Positions 13,396 to 26,150 of a stretch of DNA of 64,000 nucleotides are shown piece by piece. This DNA is from Octopus vulgaris (Eukaryota), in assembly GCA_951406725.2 (NCBI GenBank), contig OX597815.1, positions 98,270,001 through 98,334,000 on the forward strand, in the 5' to 3' direction. Under the pieces are notes generated by a model. That model ran no database searches. It was not told the origin of the DNA and worked only from the letters and a program-made list of their open reading frames with translations. Within the stretch, counting starts at the first letter, position 1; each line of letters starts with the position of its first letter. Made by a program: the position numbers and the translations under genes.

Positions 13396-13962
13396 GGAGA
13401 CTTTGTTGTCAACACACATTTTCAAAGTTTTAAATCTAGTAGAAGTTTTCAAATTTGGTGTATTGACGTAATTTTTTACGGTGAATCCGCTTTTGTTATT
13501 CAAATGCTCAAGGAATGTTTTCGGAAAATTACAGTGGTTTAAAGATTGATAATTTTTTTCTCAGTCAGAAAACAGGATTTGGAAACTGCATTTTCTGTTG
13601 TCTGATCACAAAACGTAAGCAAAAACATTACAACGACGAATTTTTATTAAACAAAATAAATGCAAAACATTAAAACATTACGACGACGAAAGTTGTGAAA
13701 AGTTTTAATAAGTTTGAATGAGTAAAATCATGTGAAACAATCGAGCGATAAGGTAAATAATTTATAAAGGAAAATATTCCTCAACGAAATTGTTTTTACG
13801 AAAAATTACCAAAAAATGCCTGTAATTAAAGGTAAGGTTGGGATTTAGGGTTAAGTTTAGAGCTAGAGTTTAGTTTTAGGGTTAGGGTTTATGGTTTGAT
13901 TCGTTGTCAAAGAAATTACTTAAGCAAAAAGTTGAAAACTGTGATAGTAACAGAAAAGATCC
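13396..13962. mobile_element. Older GG-ended MITE with telomeric-like tract, inserted in the LINE
   Basis: Right end GAAAAGATCC matches the 6992 family terminus. Degenerate TSD GCTTTTTT/GCTTTCTC, TTAGGG-like tract at 13831-13890. The LINE reading resumes across it. Confidence 0.6.
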
Positions 13963-13996
13963 GCTTTCTCTTCTGTCCCAAATAACTGTCAAGACT

Positions 13997-14220
13997 GGCG
14001 TAAGGCTTACTGGTTAGGATATTCGATTTATGATCATATGATTGTGTTCTCGATTCCTAGACCGGACAATGAGTTGTGTTTTTGAGCAAAATGCATCATT
14101 TCTCGTTGCTCTAGTTCACCGACCAGGCAACAATAAAAAATCCTGCGATGGACCAGCATCCCATTCAGAGGGAAACCAGAATATCCAACTAGCCTTGTGA
14201 GTTTACATGATTCGGGATGA
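13997..14220 (+). mobile_element. Diverged tRNA-derived SINE family D
   Basis: tRNA-like head, TTGAGCAAAATGCA block, CCTGCGATGGACCAGCATCCC motif. A related copy lies in reverse at 32840-33075. Confidence 0.55.
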
Positions 14221-14932
14221 CATTTTATGCTTTTATGTGTTATGTTAGCAATTAGGGAAAGTTTTAAAGTTTTCATGGGTATGTTGTACCAGTATACCTT
14301 GTGCTAATTGAACAGGTGGTGTTTATATTTATCTCAATGCAGTCTACTCTACGGATGGCATTGTTTATCTTTCCTGATACTTTTAGAGAACTGCTGATTG
14401 CATGCGTAACATTCTCCACAGAAGAGCGACATAATTGACACTTTCCATTGCATCATAGGATTTTAAGGGTTTCACTGTCCGTTTATTTCTGGAGATATTT
14501 CGTAACTAACTCTTGTCCTTGGATTTCGAAAGTTTAGCCTTCAAAATGTGACATAATGTAGCAGCCGCTAATCCAGGGAAGGTTACACTTCATGGTAGTA
14601 TTTTTATCCCTTTTTAGTACATAGGAGACATACCCATGCATAATATTTCTGTGCTATGTAATGTATTTCTCATTCAGGTTTTTGTATTGTAGGATACTGT
14701 ATTGCTGTAAGAGGAAAGTCTGGCATAATACTCTTCGGATACTCTTTGGATGCACTATCGGTGTTGATAATAAATTTGTAATATATATTTCCTAGGTATT
14801 TGTGGTACGTATTATTCTAAGACGGAAGTTAATGAGAGTCCTGACACAAAGATTTTGGCTTCCGGGAAGAGGTTTTACAAGTTCAACTCTTAAATATTAA
14901 CATAATTTTAGTCAATGTATATGTGTGTGAGC

Positions 14933-14983
<51 letters not shown>

Positions 14984-14990
14984 TGCGTGC

Positions 14991-15052
<62 letters not shown>

Positions 15053-16239
15053 CTGTACATATGTATGTTGTACGTTTGTAAGTATTCTTCCTCAACAATA
15101 TTTGAGATTCTAAATCTCATGTTAAAAATAACCTGTGTGATTTTGGTATCTGCGCAAAACAGAATAATTTAACACATATTGATTATATGCAGACATGTGA
15201 AACTGCCATGGAAAGCCAGGCATATTGCAATGCAGTTGAAATGTCGATAAATCTTTTACAATATAACAATCTGTAAATATGCTTTGCAAAATCGCTATCA
15301 TCTGCGAATTTTCTTGTAAAAGTAGCTTTTGAAACCAATTGAAGGAATCAAAGTTATCAGCAGACACCATTCAAACACAGACACATACACACAATTACAA
15401 GCGCGCGCGCGCGCGTGTGTGTGTGTATTTCGTTTTTGGATTTGGATTGCAAGATTCTTTATATGAGTTCTTGTGTTGAAGCATATATATATATATATTA
15501 TTCCTTCCTTCATAGCGTTTCGGACACAGTGCTCTTCAAATATTAGAAGAAAGTCTTTGAGAGATTGGGAAGAGAAGGAAGAGAGGAAAGGAAATAAAAA
15601 AAATTATGAAGGTAGGAAAAAACGTACACGGGTTAGTTTCAGACGTTCGGAGATTACCCTGTTTCACTATCACACCATTCTTCTACCCTTTGTATATCTA
15701 TGTATTCACGATAATTTTGAAAGGCGTTTAGCATATGTTTATTTTTTAACTCCCAATTCCGTTTCTTCTATTTTTCGATAGCACTAATGACCTAATGCCT
15801 TCTGACAATCAGATATTTTAATAATGAAGAACCTGGAAAAACATATTACAGTTGAGAAAAGAGTAATAAATTATTAATCTGGGAAAGAAGAACATAAAAG
15901 TGATGCAAAAATGGTAAGTAATACAATAAAAGTAAATAAGCTAGAAGATTGACAAAATTAAGGAGCGTGGAAAAGGATTAGAGATTGATATGTTTAATGT
16001 CAAGTTATGACAGTTTTTTACGTATTCATGAATTTTTATCTGGTATAGGTGGTGTTTCTCAATTATGAATTATGCACAGACACACACACACACACACACA
16101 AACACACGAGTAAGCACCTGAGTACAAAACTATGTGGAAAAATAGTACTCTTTATTATAACTGTCCGACGAGCGGAAACGGGAGACTCTGAGTAACAATT
16201 CTGTGATGTTTTTGCAGTTTTCATTTTTAGAATTTCTGA

Positions 16240-16297
<58 letters not shown>

Positions 16298-16299
16298 AA

Positions 16300-17290
16300 A
16301 AAATGAAGTTCGAAAATGCTGCTGTATTATACAATTTTTTATTTTTATATATACATTATAACATGTTTCAGTTCCTGAAATGAACCTTATCAAAAAAAGT
16401 TATATATAAAAAAAGACAGTTCATGCCGTCAAACACAAGAAATTCATTTATAATACACAACGGAGTCAGACATCTTAGAGTTCATGTATAGTTGATATAT
16501 AGTTCATGTATAGTTGATATATAGTTTGAAGTATATGTTCAAAGTGTTCGATGCAGTGGCCCACGGTGGCGATACGTATTCAATACAAAAAACAGATCAA
16601 AGTGGTGGAAAGCGGTCAATACAGAAGATTGATGTTTCCGAAAGAGCGAGGAATTCATTTTTACCGTAAGCAATTGTGATGACCCATGGTGGATGTTCGC
16701 TGGGTGGTTCTAGTGGGTTTTGTGAAGTGCTCGGTTTTATAATGCCTGTTAGGTGGTCAATCCAGCGTAGCGTGACATCATCAATGTTTTGACCAATCGT
16801 TTCGTTAGGTGGCTTTAGTCAAGCAGAACGGGACGTCATCATTATTTTGACCAATCGCTGCATTATAACTGCCTCTTGTTTGTTTCCTGTTTTGACCAGT
16901 CGCTTCGTTAGTCAAGCAGAACGGGACGTCATCCAGATTCTGCCCAATCACGACTTATAGCTACATTAGATCTGCCCCCTGTTTGTACTTGTTAGGTGAT
17001 AAATCTGTGAACGAGGTATAAACAGTAGCTGCACGACAATGTGAAGTATTTTCGGCACTTAAATGTGGCTGACCACTAAGGGTGGATGCTACTGTAACTT
17101 GTAGCACCAGGAAAACATCTTCTCCAGCTGGCTATTGACACACTTTCTGTGCCATATCAGTATTTGCAAAAGGAAGCCATCCTACCCATTGTCAACCTGA
17201 CGTGATACGTACGGACCCGGATTTCTGGATATTTACCCGTCATCAGCGCACGACAATTACCGGTCTTCCATGCGAAGGGGTCCCGCTGCA
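16300..17290 (-). mobile_element. Penelope-pLTR/retrozyme-like module with promoter-type repeats
   Basis: 17000-17290 is homologous to 22783-23625. Repeated GACGTCA/CCAAT units at 16770-16950, minus-strand TATAAAA at ~16740, hammerhead motifs at both ends, 22-bp tandem duplication at 16479-16522. Confidence 0.55.
17208..17252 (-). ncRNA. Minimal type I hammerhead ribozyme motif
   Basis: CGTGCG-CTGATGA-C-GGGT-AAAT-ATCC-A-GAAA-TCCGGG-TC-CGTACG. Stem I pairs fully (one G:U). Non-canonical C.A at the base of stem II. Confidence 0.65.
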
Positions 17291-17291
17291 A

Positions 17292-17351
<60 letters not shown>

Positions 17352-17499
17352 AATTCGTAAATAAGGGCAAACGAAAAGATTTCGAATGCCAAATATGCCG
17401 AAAAGTTGGACATATTGTCCATTAACCATATAATGTTTTCACAGTACGCACGCTACTCGAAAAAAGGTCGACAGAAATTTCTAAAAAGTTCCATTATTA

Positions 17500-17558
17500 C
17501 CATATCGGACCGATTTCAGGGTTAGCTCATAACAGCCCTCCCTTCGTCAGTGATACAT
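17500..17558 (-). ncRNA. Minimal type I hammerhead ribozyme motif (CUGACGA variant)
   Basis: GTATCA-CTGACGA-AGGG..GGCT-GTTATG-AGCT..CCCT-GAAA-TCGG-TC-CGATAT. One mismatch in stem I next to the core. Confidence 0.6.
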
Positions 17559-17699
17559 GTGGCAAAAGAAATAAATGAGATACTTACTCATACCCATGGA
17601 AGAAGCAAAATTTAACCTTTAAAGGTATTTTTTAATATGCTGGCCATTGATAAAATTATTTTCGAAACTTAATTTTTTTCGAAGAAAATTTTATCCTAC

Positions 17700-17783
<84 letters not shown>

Positions 17784-18079
17784 TATAAATATATATTTAT
17801 ATTATCTATATATATATATCGTTAAGATTCCATTATGATATTCAGGTATAAACCTTGCTCGATGCTGTGCAAAGCACGTCCAGTTATTGGCAAACTGACA
17901 TCAGCATCAGTAGTGATGCCTATGTTACTCGATTTAATTCAGGGATTCTTTGTTCTCCGTAAGGTTTATATAAATGCATCAGGGACCGAGAATAAAACTC
18001 ACGAAATTCTTTATTCAAATCCGCTACAATTGTTTTGATTCATCCTGCAACTCTACCTCACAGGTGAGAAGCAGTACAA

Positions 18080-18290
18080 TCAATTGTGAATTCTGCTACA
18101 TTTTAGCAGTACACAATGGAGCTGGGTGAAATGGTGAGAACAAAGATCGAGGTTCTTGTTTAAAACGTTATCCGGCGAGATGCCATCTGCGCCACTGATG
18201 AAAGGCAATTGGTTGTTCAGTATCTCGTCTGTTAGATACAGTTGCAGGATCATTCCAAACAATTGTAGTGGATTTCAATAAAGAATCTCC
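18080..18290 (-). pseudogene. Possible LINE ORF2 remnant (pre-RT region)
   Basis: SGADGISP..VL...LCSHHFTQL resembles the SPGPDGI motif that precedes LINE RT domains. Very degenerate. Confidence 0.3.
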
Positions 18291-18340
18291 TGAACGCTAT
18301 TTTCTATCTCTGATATCTCTCTCTCTCTTTCTCTCTCCCC

Positions 18341-18393
<53 letters not shown>

Positions 18394-20795
18394 GATAAAA
18401 TAAAAATATATGCATACATACAAACATATATGTACGTACCTACATCTACATGTATATATACATGCATATATAAATAATTATACATGAGTACAGGACACCA
18501 CAATAAGACGTAGAAACGGGAAAAACAAAAAAACAAACAAGAAAACGAAAAAACAAAAAAAAAGAAAACGAAAAAAACAGTTACAGGACGAGCTACACAA
18601 GGAAAAAGCCCCGTCATCAGCTGTCGCTAGTAGAGTCAAGCATGTTTCGAAGGCACAGACAGAACACTAATCCACTAGGCCTTCCTGCGAGAGAATTAAA
18701 ATAAAATTCCAAGCAGCGGGGCAAAATGAGTACGAACACGAACAAGACGTAACAATAAAACTGCAAAAATAAAAATACATGTACAAAAAATACAAATAAT
18801 TACAAAACGAGAAAATAAAAAGAGAATACATATATACACGTACATACAAACATGCATACATACATACATACATACATACACACATACACTCAAATACACA
18901 CACATGCACGTTTGCATATAAATATATGCATATTTATATAGTGTGTGTGTGTGTGTGTATTTAAGTCCGTCTGTGTACGATCATATAGTATCAAACAGCT
19001 TTGAATTTCAGTTTTCAACATTATTTAATGTATATTTTTAACAAGATATTTAAGCTTTTAATCAAAGAAGATCAAGAGAAAATGACAATTTTTTAAACCA
19101 TGTTTTATGTTATTTTGTTTTAAAATGTGAATAAATTCCCTGAAGACTATCCCTTCTGATGTTTTAAAAGATTATGTCTCCGCTTTTTCCTATGTAAGTC
19201 TTGCGTGGTCTTAATATTATTTTAAGTCACACGTATTCTTATCATGTGAAATTAATGGGGGATGGGTTTGCTGTTGTCTTCAGTTTAAAGTAAAAACAAA
19301 ATAAAAATGTCTCGACTTGGTCTCATCGTTTCAAGGCAATAGTCTGACGATGGTGGTTATCATGGTGTCACATACACTTTTAGAAAGAATGAAATAGTGG
19401 TACAATGACGACGACGGCGGCGGTGGCCGTGGTGATGTTTTGCACTTTAAACATGAAGGCGATAATGTGGTGGCGGTGGTGGTGTTATTGGTGGTGGTAC
19501 ATATATGTATTGTTTGAAGACAATGGTGTGGCATTCGTAGTAGTGTTGGTGGTGGTGGTGGTGGTGGTGCTGCTGCTGCTGCTGCTGCTGGTGATGGTGC
19601 TGGTTCCTGTAGTTGTAGATATTGTGTTGGTGGTGTTTATTGTGGTGGTGGGTGGTCTTAAGTACACTTATGATTTGTAAGCAATTATGCAGTGATGATG
19701 ATGTTATCTACACTTATGGTTTGGAAGTAAGTTCGTGGTGGTGACAATGGTGGTGGTAGTAGTGGTGGTGGTTGTAGTGGTGGTACCAAGACTTGCCCTT
19801 TTTTTTATCTTTCTTCTTCTTCTCGAAACTTCTCACAAATTAATTACGAAGGTAATTCTAAGAGATAGAGAGAAAGAGAGAGCGAGAGAGACTACAGACA
19901 GAGACGGACAGATAGACAGCGTGAGAGAGAGAGAGAAAAAGAAAGGTGGACGAACAGACAGGCAGAATGAGCAATAGAATGCACGAGAGAAGGAGAGAGA
20001 AGAATTGATCCTAATTCATGATTGATACTTCCCTAATCGATCTCGAAAGGATGATCTGTAATCTTAAGCTTGGCAGTGTTTGTACTGAAACCTTACAGTT
20101 CTGGAGCATTTTCTGTAAGGCATTTCTTTGAAAAGCACCAAAAATTCTACCAATTTGCTGCCTATAATTAAGCTGCCTATAACTATGGGAAACTAACTCT
20201 GCCAGGCCCATCACCGAGGAAAGTAATCGGCCTATCTTCTATTAAAAAGAAAAGCAAGCTTCGGTGGAAAGTTATGTTGTCCAACAATGCCATACGGCCA
20301 GGAATATTTAAAAGATCTTATTGACTTTTACTGTGTTTGGTGTAGACGAGGACGACGACGACGACGACGACGATAATGATGATGATGATGATGATGGAGG
20401 AGGAGGAGGAGGAGGAAGGTGCTGGTGGCGGCAGTGATGGTGGTGCTGTTGGTGCTAGTGATGATGATGGTGACGACGACGACGATGGTGAGGCTAGCTT
20501 TGAAGATGCTAGCTGCAGTTGCGTTGTTGGTAATGTTTTCTTTTTCTTTTCTTTTTTTTTTGTTCTTAAGGTTGGCAGCGCTGTTGGCACCAGTGATGTC
20601 GATGTTAATGTTATGTTGGGTATTGGAAATAGTACTGCTAGTGTACTGTTTGCGGTAGTGTTGGTAGTGTTATTGGTGATGTTAGCGATACAGTACAAAG
20701 AGTGGCGCCATTGGCAACATTGCTTGTGCCGGAACTATATTTGATTGATCGACGGTATAAGATTGTGTCGGTGTTAGTATTAGTGGTATTAATAT

Positions 20796-21240
20796 GGCGG
20801 CGAGCCGGCAGAATCGTTAGCATGCCGGGCGAAATGCTTAGCGGTATTTAGTTTTTCCTTACGTTCTGAGTTGCAATCTCACAGAGGTCAGCTTTGCTTT
20901 TCATCATTTCGGGTCGACAAATTAAGTACCAGTTGCGTACTGGGGTCGATCTAATCGACTGGCTCCTCTCCAAAACTTTTGGGCCTTGTGTATCGAGTAG
21001 AAAAGATTATTATTGTATTTTTAAAGGCGGCGAACTGGCAGAATCGTTAGCACGCCGGGCGAAATGCTTAGTGGTATTTCGTCAGTCTTTACGTTCTGAG
21101 GTCAAATTCCGCCGAGGTTGACTTTACCTTTCATCTTTACGGGGTCGATAAAATAAGTACCAGTTGCGTAGAGGGGCCGATCTCATCGACTGGCTTCCTC
21201 TCACAAAATTTCGGGCCTTGTGCCTAGAGTAGAAAAGAGT
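20796..21240 (+). mobile_element. Two tandem SINE family B copies (20796-21010, 21026-21240)
   Basis: Both begin GGCGGCGA.C.GGCAGAATCGTTAGC and end GAGTAGAAAAGA. Confidence 0.9.
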
Positions 21241-21499
21241 ATTAGTGGAGTTAACAAGTTAACTATTAGTATTGGTTTTGCAGCTGATACGATTGGCAGA
21301 CTTGATATGATAGTATTGGTGGTTGTATCGATGGTATTGTTAAATCAGTAGTATTGGTCATGTCATTGGTGATGATTGCGGCGGTGGTATTTGTGGTATC
21401 ATTATAATGTTGTTAATGATGATTTTGATAATGGTAGTGGTGGTAGACGTGCGAGTGATATCTTTGGTACAATATGTCGAGTTGGTGGTTATGTTGTTG

Positions 21500-22000
21500 T
21501 TGATGGTGGTGGTGATAGTGGTGGTTGATAGTGTTCATAATGTTGCAATGGGTGGTGTCGTTGGTAGTGGTGGTGGTGGTGACGGCGGTGGTAGTGATGG
21601 TGGTGGTTGCGGTGGTAGTTTGGTGGTGGTGGTGATGACTGCAGCGGCGATGGTGATGGTGATGGTGATGGTGGTGGTTGTGGTGGTTGTAGTGGTAGTT
21701 GTGCTGGTGGTGATGGTGGGGAGTGATGGTAGTGGTGGTTGTAGTGGTAGTTTTGCTGGTGGTGGTTGTGGTGGTTGTAGTGGTAGTTGTGCTGGTGGTG
21801 CTGGTGGTGGGATGTGATGGTGGTAGTTGTAATAGTGGTGGTGGTGGTGGATGTAGTGGTAGTTTTGCTGGTGGTGGTGGGTGATGGTGGTGGTGGTGGT
21901 GGTGGCAGTTGTGCTGGTGGTGGTAGTAGCGGTGATGGTGGCGATGGTGGTAGTTGTGCTGGTGATGCTGGTGGTGGTGGTGGTGGTGGTGGTGTAGGTG
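21500..22000. repeat. Degenerate (GGT)n low-complexity tract
   Basis: Directly visible. Confidence 0.9.
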
Positions 22001-22205
22001 TTAGTGAACGGAGGAGTGATTACGATCTTGGTTATAAATACTTGAATGTATAAATAAAATAAATAACAACAAATATTTGTTGAAATTGATGTAAATACTA
22101 TTAATAAGAATTAATTATTTAATAGAAATCACAATGAGATTGTAGCAGGCACGGTGATAGCGCCTGAACCATAGATTGGAAATTCTGATTAGAGACAACT
22201 TCGAA

Positions 22206-22236
<31 letters not shown>

Positions 22237-22522
22237 CAATTATAAATGAATTTGTTAATAAATAAATAAATAAATAAATGAATAAATGAGAAAATAAGAA
22301 TAAAAAAAACATGACAAATAATAACTAACATGTAAGGTTGCACCAGTAGCAATATTATCAATAATCAGAAGACCAGTAACACCAACAGAACTCTAACACG
22401 TATTTACTAGTCTCACGGCCGCTTATATCATTTTTTAGAACAAGAAAGAAAGTAGTATACGGAAAGAGAAAATAAGTGTAATATATATATGTACATACAT
22501 ATATATATACACGCGCGCGCAC

Positions 22523-22570
<48 letters not shown>

Positions 22571-22573
22571 GTA

Positions 22574-22742
22574 GGCGTAGGAGTGGCTGTGTGGTAAGTA
22601 GCCTTGTGATAATGAACCACATGGTTCCGGGTTCAGTCCCACTGCGTGGCGCCTTGGGCAAGTGCCTTCTATTATAGCCTCGGGCCGACCAAAGCCTTGT
22701 GAGTGGATTTGGTAGACAGAAACTGAAAGAAGCCCGTCGTAT
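22574..22742 (+). mobile_element. SINE family A, 5' half
   Basis: GGCGTAGGAGTGGCTGTGTGG...GAAAGAAGCCCGTCGTA. Confidence 0.85.
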
Positions 22743-22782
22743 ATATGTATATATATATATATATATATGCATGCATGTATGT

Positions 22783-23625
22783 ATCGTGAAGTATATTTGC
22801 CACATAAGTGTAGCGGTCCCATAAGGGACAATGCTACTGTTGTTTATAGCCCCAGAAGGACATCTCCAGCTGACTAATAACACACTCTCTGAGTCTGATT
22901 AGTATTTGCGAAGGGAAATCATCGTTCCCATCTCTACCCTTTCGTGGTACACACAGACCCGGGTTTCTGAATAGTAACCCGTCATCAGTGCGTGATAATC
23001 ATCAGCTAGCGATGAGAACTCACTCCAAACGCAAAATGCTATTTGCTTTTTCCACGTATGGCTATAGATAGGAACGATTATTTCCCTTCACAAATACTAA
23101 TCAAACACAGACAGTGTGTTGTCAGCCAGCTGGAGGAGATGTCCTCCTGGGGCTATAAACAAGAGTAGCATAGTCCCCTATGGGACCGCCACATTTAGTT
23201 GGCAAGTATACTTCACAATGCTGTGCTGCTACTGTTTACTTCAAGCTCAGAGATTTAATATTGCTTGTTTCTCCTTTTCGAGATCGGCGACAGTTTATTA
23301 CTGGAAAAAGTATATAGTATTTTGCGTTTGGAATGAGTTCTCACAGCTACTTGGTAATCATCACACACTGATGACCGGTTACTACCAAAAAACCCACGTG
23401 TGTGTGTGTGTCACGTAAGACTAGAGTTGGGAACGATGATTTCCCTTCGTAAATACTAATCAGACACAGACAGTGTGTCGTAGCCAGTAGAGGAGATGTC
23501 CTCCTGGGGATATAAACAGGAGTAGCATCGTCCCCTATCGGACCACCACATTTAGGTGGCAAATATACTTCGCGATCCCGTGATGGTACAATTGGCTTCT
23601 CGCTCAGAGATCTAATATTGGTTTT
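22783..23625. mobile_element. Hammerhead-bearing ~360-bp repeat: one inverted partial copy plus two tandem direct units
   Basis: 22783-23054 is the reverse complement of 23300-23576. 23071-23270 repeats at 23430-23625 (period ~359). Hammerhead motifs at 22950-22994 (-) and 23362-23406 (+, GAAA mutated). Confidence 0.75.
22950..22994 (-). ncRNA. Minimal type I hammerhead ribozyme motif
   Basis: CACGCA-CTGATGA-C-GGGT-TACT-ATTC-A-GAAA-CCCGGG-TC-TGTGTG. Palindromic stem III ACCCGGGT and a GUC site. Confidence 0.65.
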
Positions 23626-23636
23626 ATATATGCGTG

Positions 23637-23724
<88 letters not shown>

Positions 23725-23818
23725 CCGAATCGAAATGAAAGGGAATTAAAGAAAATCAACCTATGACATGAAGGGAAGCTACCACACAAATGAGAAAAAT
23801 GATCGGTGGAAAGTACCG

Positions 23819-23896
<78 letters not shown>

Positions 23897-24497
23897 CAGA
23901 TAGAAAGAAAGAAAGAGTACAGGAAAGGGGGAAGGAGTGGGACAGAAGAGATAATATATATGTATGGATGTGTTTATGTGTGTATATATGCGTGTGTGTG
24001 TGTACACGTGTGTTTTGTGTGCGTGTACTGAATATGAGTAAATATGTACGTATGAGCTGATGTCTGTAGATATTGTATTGTTTTGACACAGCAAATAAAA
24101 CGAAGAAAAATACCAGTAGTATAAGAAGAGTTTTCCACGTAGGCATCATATATCATATGAGAAAGATAATCGTTAAAGGCTTATGGAAAATGGAGGAAGA
24201 GAGAAAAATGTGAGCGATAGATAGAGAAGGAAGACACTCACAAAAGGAGAGACGTGGAATGTGTGTAGAAAGAAAGAAGAGTCGTGAGCAAAAGAGATGT
24301 ACAATGACATGAGAAGGTAAATACGATAGGGAGACGGAAAGAGAGAGGAAGAGAGAGAGAGAGGAAATGAGAGAGAGAGGCAAAGAGGAGATGAAGAAAG
24401 TATTACAGAAAGAGATATTGTATGAGGGAGTGTATTAATATAGAACGGAGAGGTGTGTCCATCTATTTATCCATCCATCTCCCACCACACACAGATA

Positions 24498-24533
<36 letters not shown>

Positions 24534-24587
24534 AGAGAGAGAGAGAGAGAGAGATTCATATATACCCGCGTATATAATGCATATATG

Positions 24588-24693
<106 letters not shown>

Positions 24694-25560
24694 TATGATG
24701 TATGCGTATGTATGTTTATATGTGTGCGATGTGTTTGTATGTGTGTGTGTATACATATATTTATATATGCAGGCGTATAAATTGTTTCAGAGAAAGAAAG
24801 AGACCGGGGAAGTGAGAAAGTGAGGGAGAGAGGGAGACATTGACAGAGAAACAGTCAGACTTAATATCAAGATGAAAGGAAAGCCTATGCGACACAAAGA
24901 AAGTTAAAAGCGAAACTGAAAGTGAAACAAATTCAACGTCTACTAGGAAAACAACACCAAAGACAACAGTGAGAGCAAGAACACCAAAAAAAGAAAACAT
25001 TAAAATAAAAACCAGACTTGGTAATCGTAAAAGAAAAAATTTACAGAACGATGCTTAAAGGGATGATTTAGACAAAAAATATATTTAGAAGGAAACTGTT
25101 TGGTATCTTTGTTACCATCTGAAAAAGGATTATCTAAGAAATAAAATCTGAAATAAAACACCACCAACGCCTTGACGAACCATCAACCAAACCATTTATG
25201 TCTCCACCATTGACTAGCTTGTCGAAAACAACAGGAGTTAACAAAACTAAGAAACACCTTGACGAATACGACACTTCGAAAGTGTCGCGGTGTACGAAGA
25301 TCTGCAGGGTATAAATTACCCGCTCGTTTCTTTTTCTCAAACGCAAAACAACCAAAGCAACTACCAGAAAAGTAAATAAGTAAATAAATAAATAAATGAA
25401 ATAAATAAATAGATAAAACCCCGCTTTACAATTTTATTTTATTTTCTATGATTCCATTTAATTTTTATTTCTATTTCCACCTTTCATCGCATTCGATTAA
25501 ACTTTTATTTGTGTTGTATATGTAAGTTGCTTTGCATAAGCATAGTCGTATGTGTACATG

Positions 25561-25599
<39 letters not shown>

Positions 25600-25636
25600 T
25601 TTGTGTGTATGTGTGTATGTATATATATATATGCAT

Positions 25637-25670
<34 letters not shown>

Positions 25671-26086
25671 TCATATATATATATACATATATATGTTTTT
25701 TTATATATATATATATGTGTGTGTGTGTGTGCGCGCACACATATACATATATACATGTATATATATATATATATTATATATATGTATGCACATATATATA
25801 TGTGTGTGTATGTATGATTACATATGTATATTAATGCACACACACACACACAATTTTTATCTACGTTTCCATGTAATTGGAATTAAACCAATTAACGACT
25901 AATTAGCGAATTGTGTCGCAGCACAAAAAAATTCTTTCGACATGATCCTGCTCCATGGCTGCATATTTGCATCAATGCTGCTCTACGTTCAATGATACTT
26001 AATACAGCCTAATTCTGTATACACATGTATACACAATTGCTCTCATGAAACGTGCATTTATGCACACATACACAACAAATATGCAT

Positions 26087-26150
<64 letters not shown>

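Larger units (their letters stand above)
13116..14900 (-). pseudogene. Degraded R4-like (restriction-like endonuclease) non-LTR retrotransposon ORF, interrupted by later insertions
   Basis: Minus-strand pieces in the expected order: HKYLG (~14790), SHFEG*TFEIQGQELVTKYL and CQLC..ENVTHAISSS (~14400-14560), YWYNIPMKT (~14280), IWDRRE (~13970), CIVI*VSCLLDMNI, IIGALGY and LKKLGFS (~13120-13390). Homologous to 29425-29861. Confidence 0.7.

Noticed and set aside
24912-24928. GAAACTGAAAGTGAAAC ISRE-like motif
   Set aside because: Short motif in purine-rich sequence with no promoter evidence; similar words occur in SINE A.
25269-25321. Small hairpins CGACACT/AGTGTCG and GGGTA/TACCC
   Set aside because: Too short to exceed chance, with no associated terminus motif.
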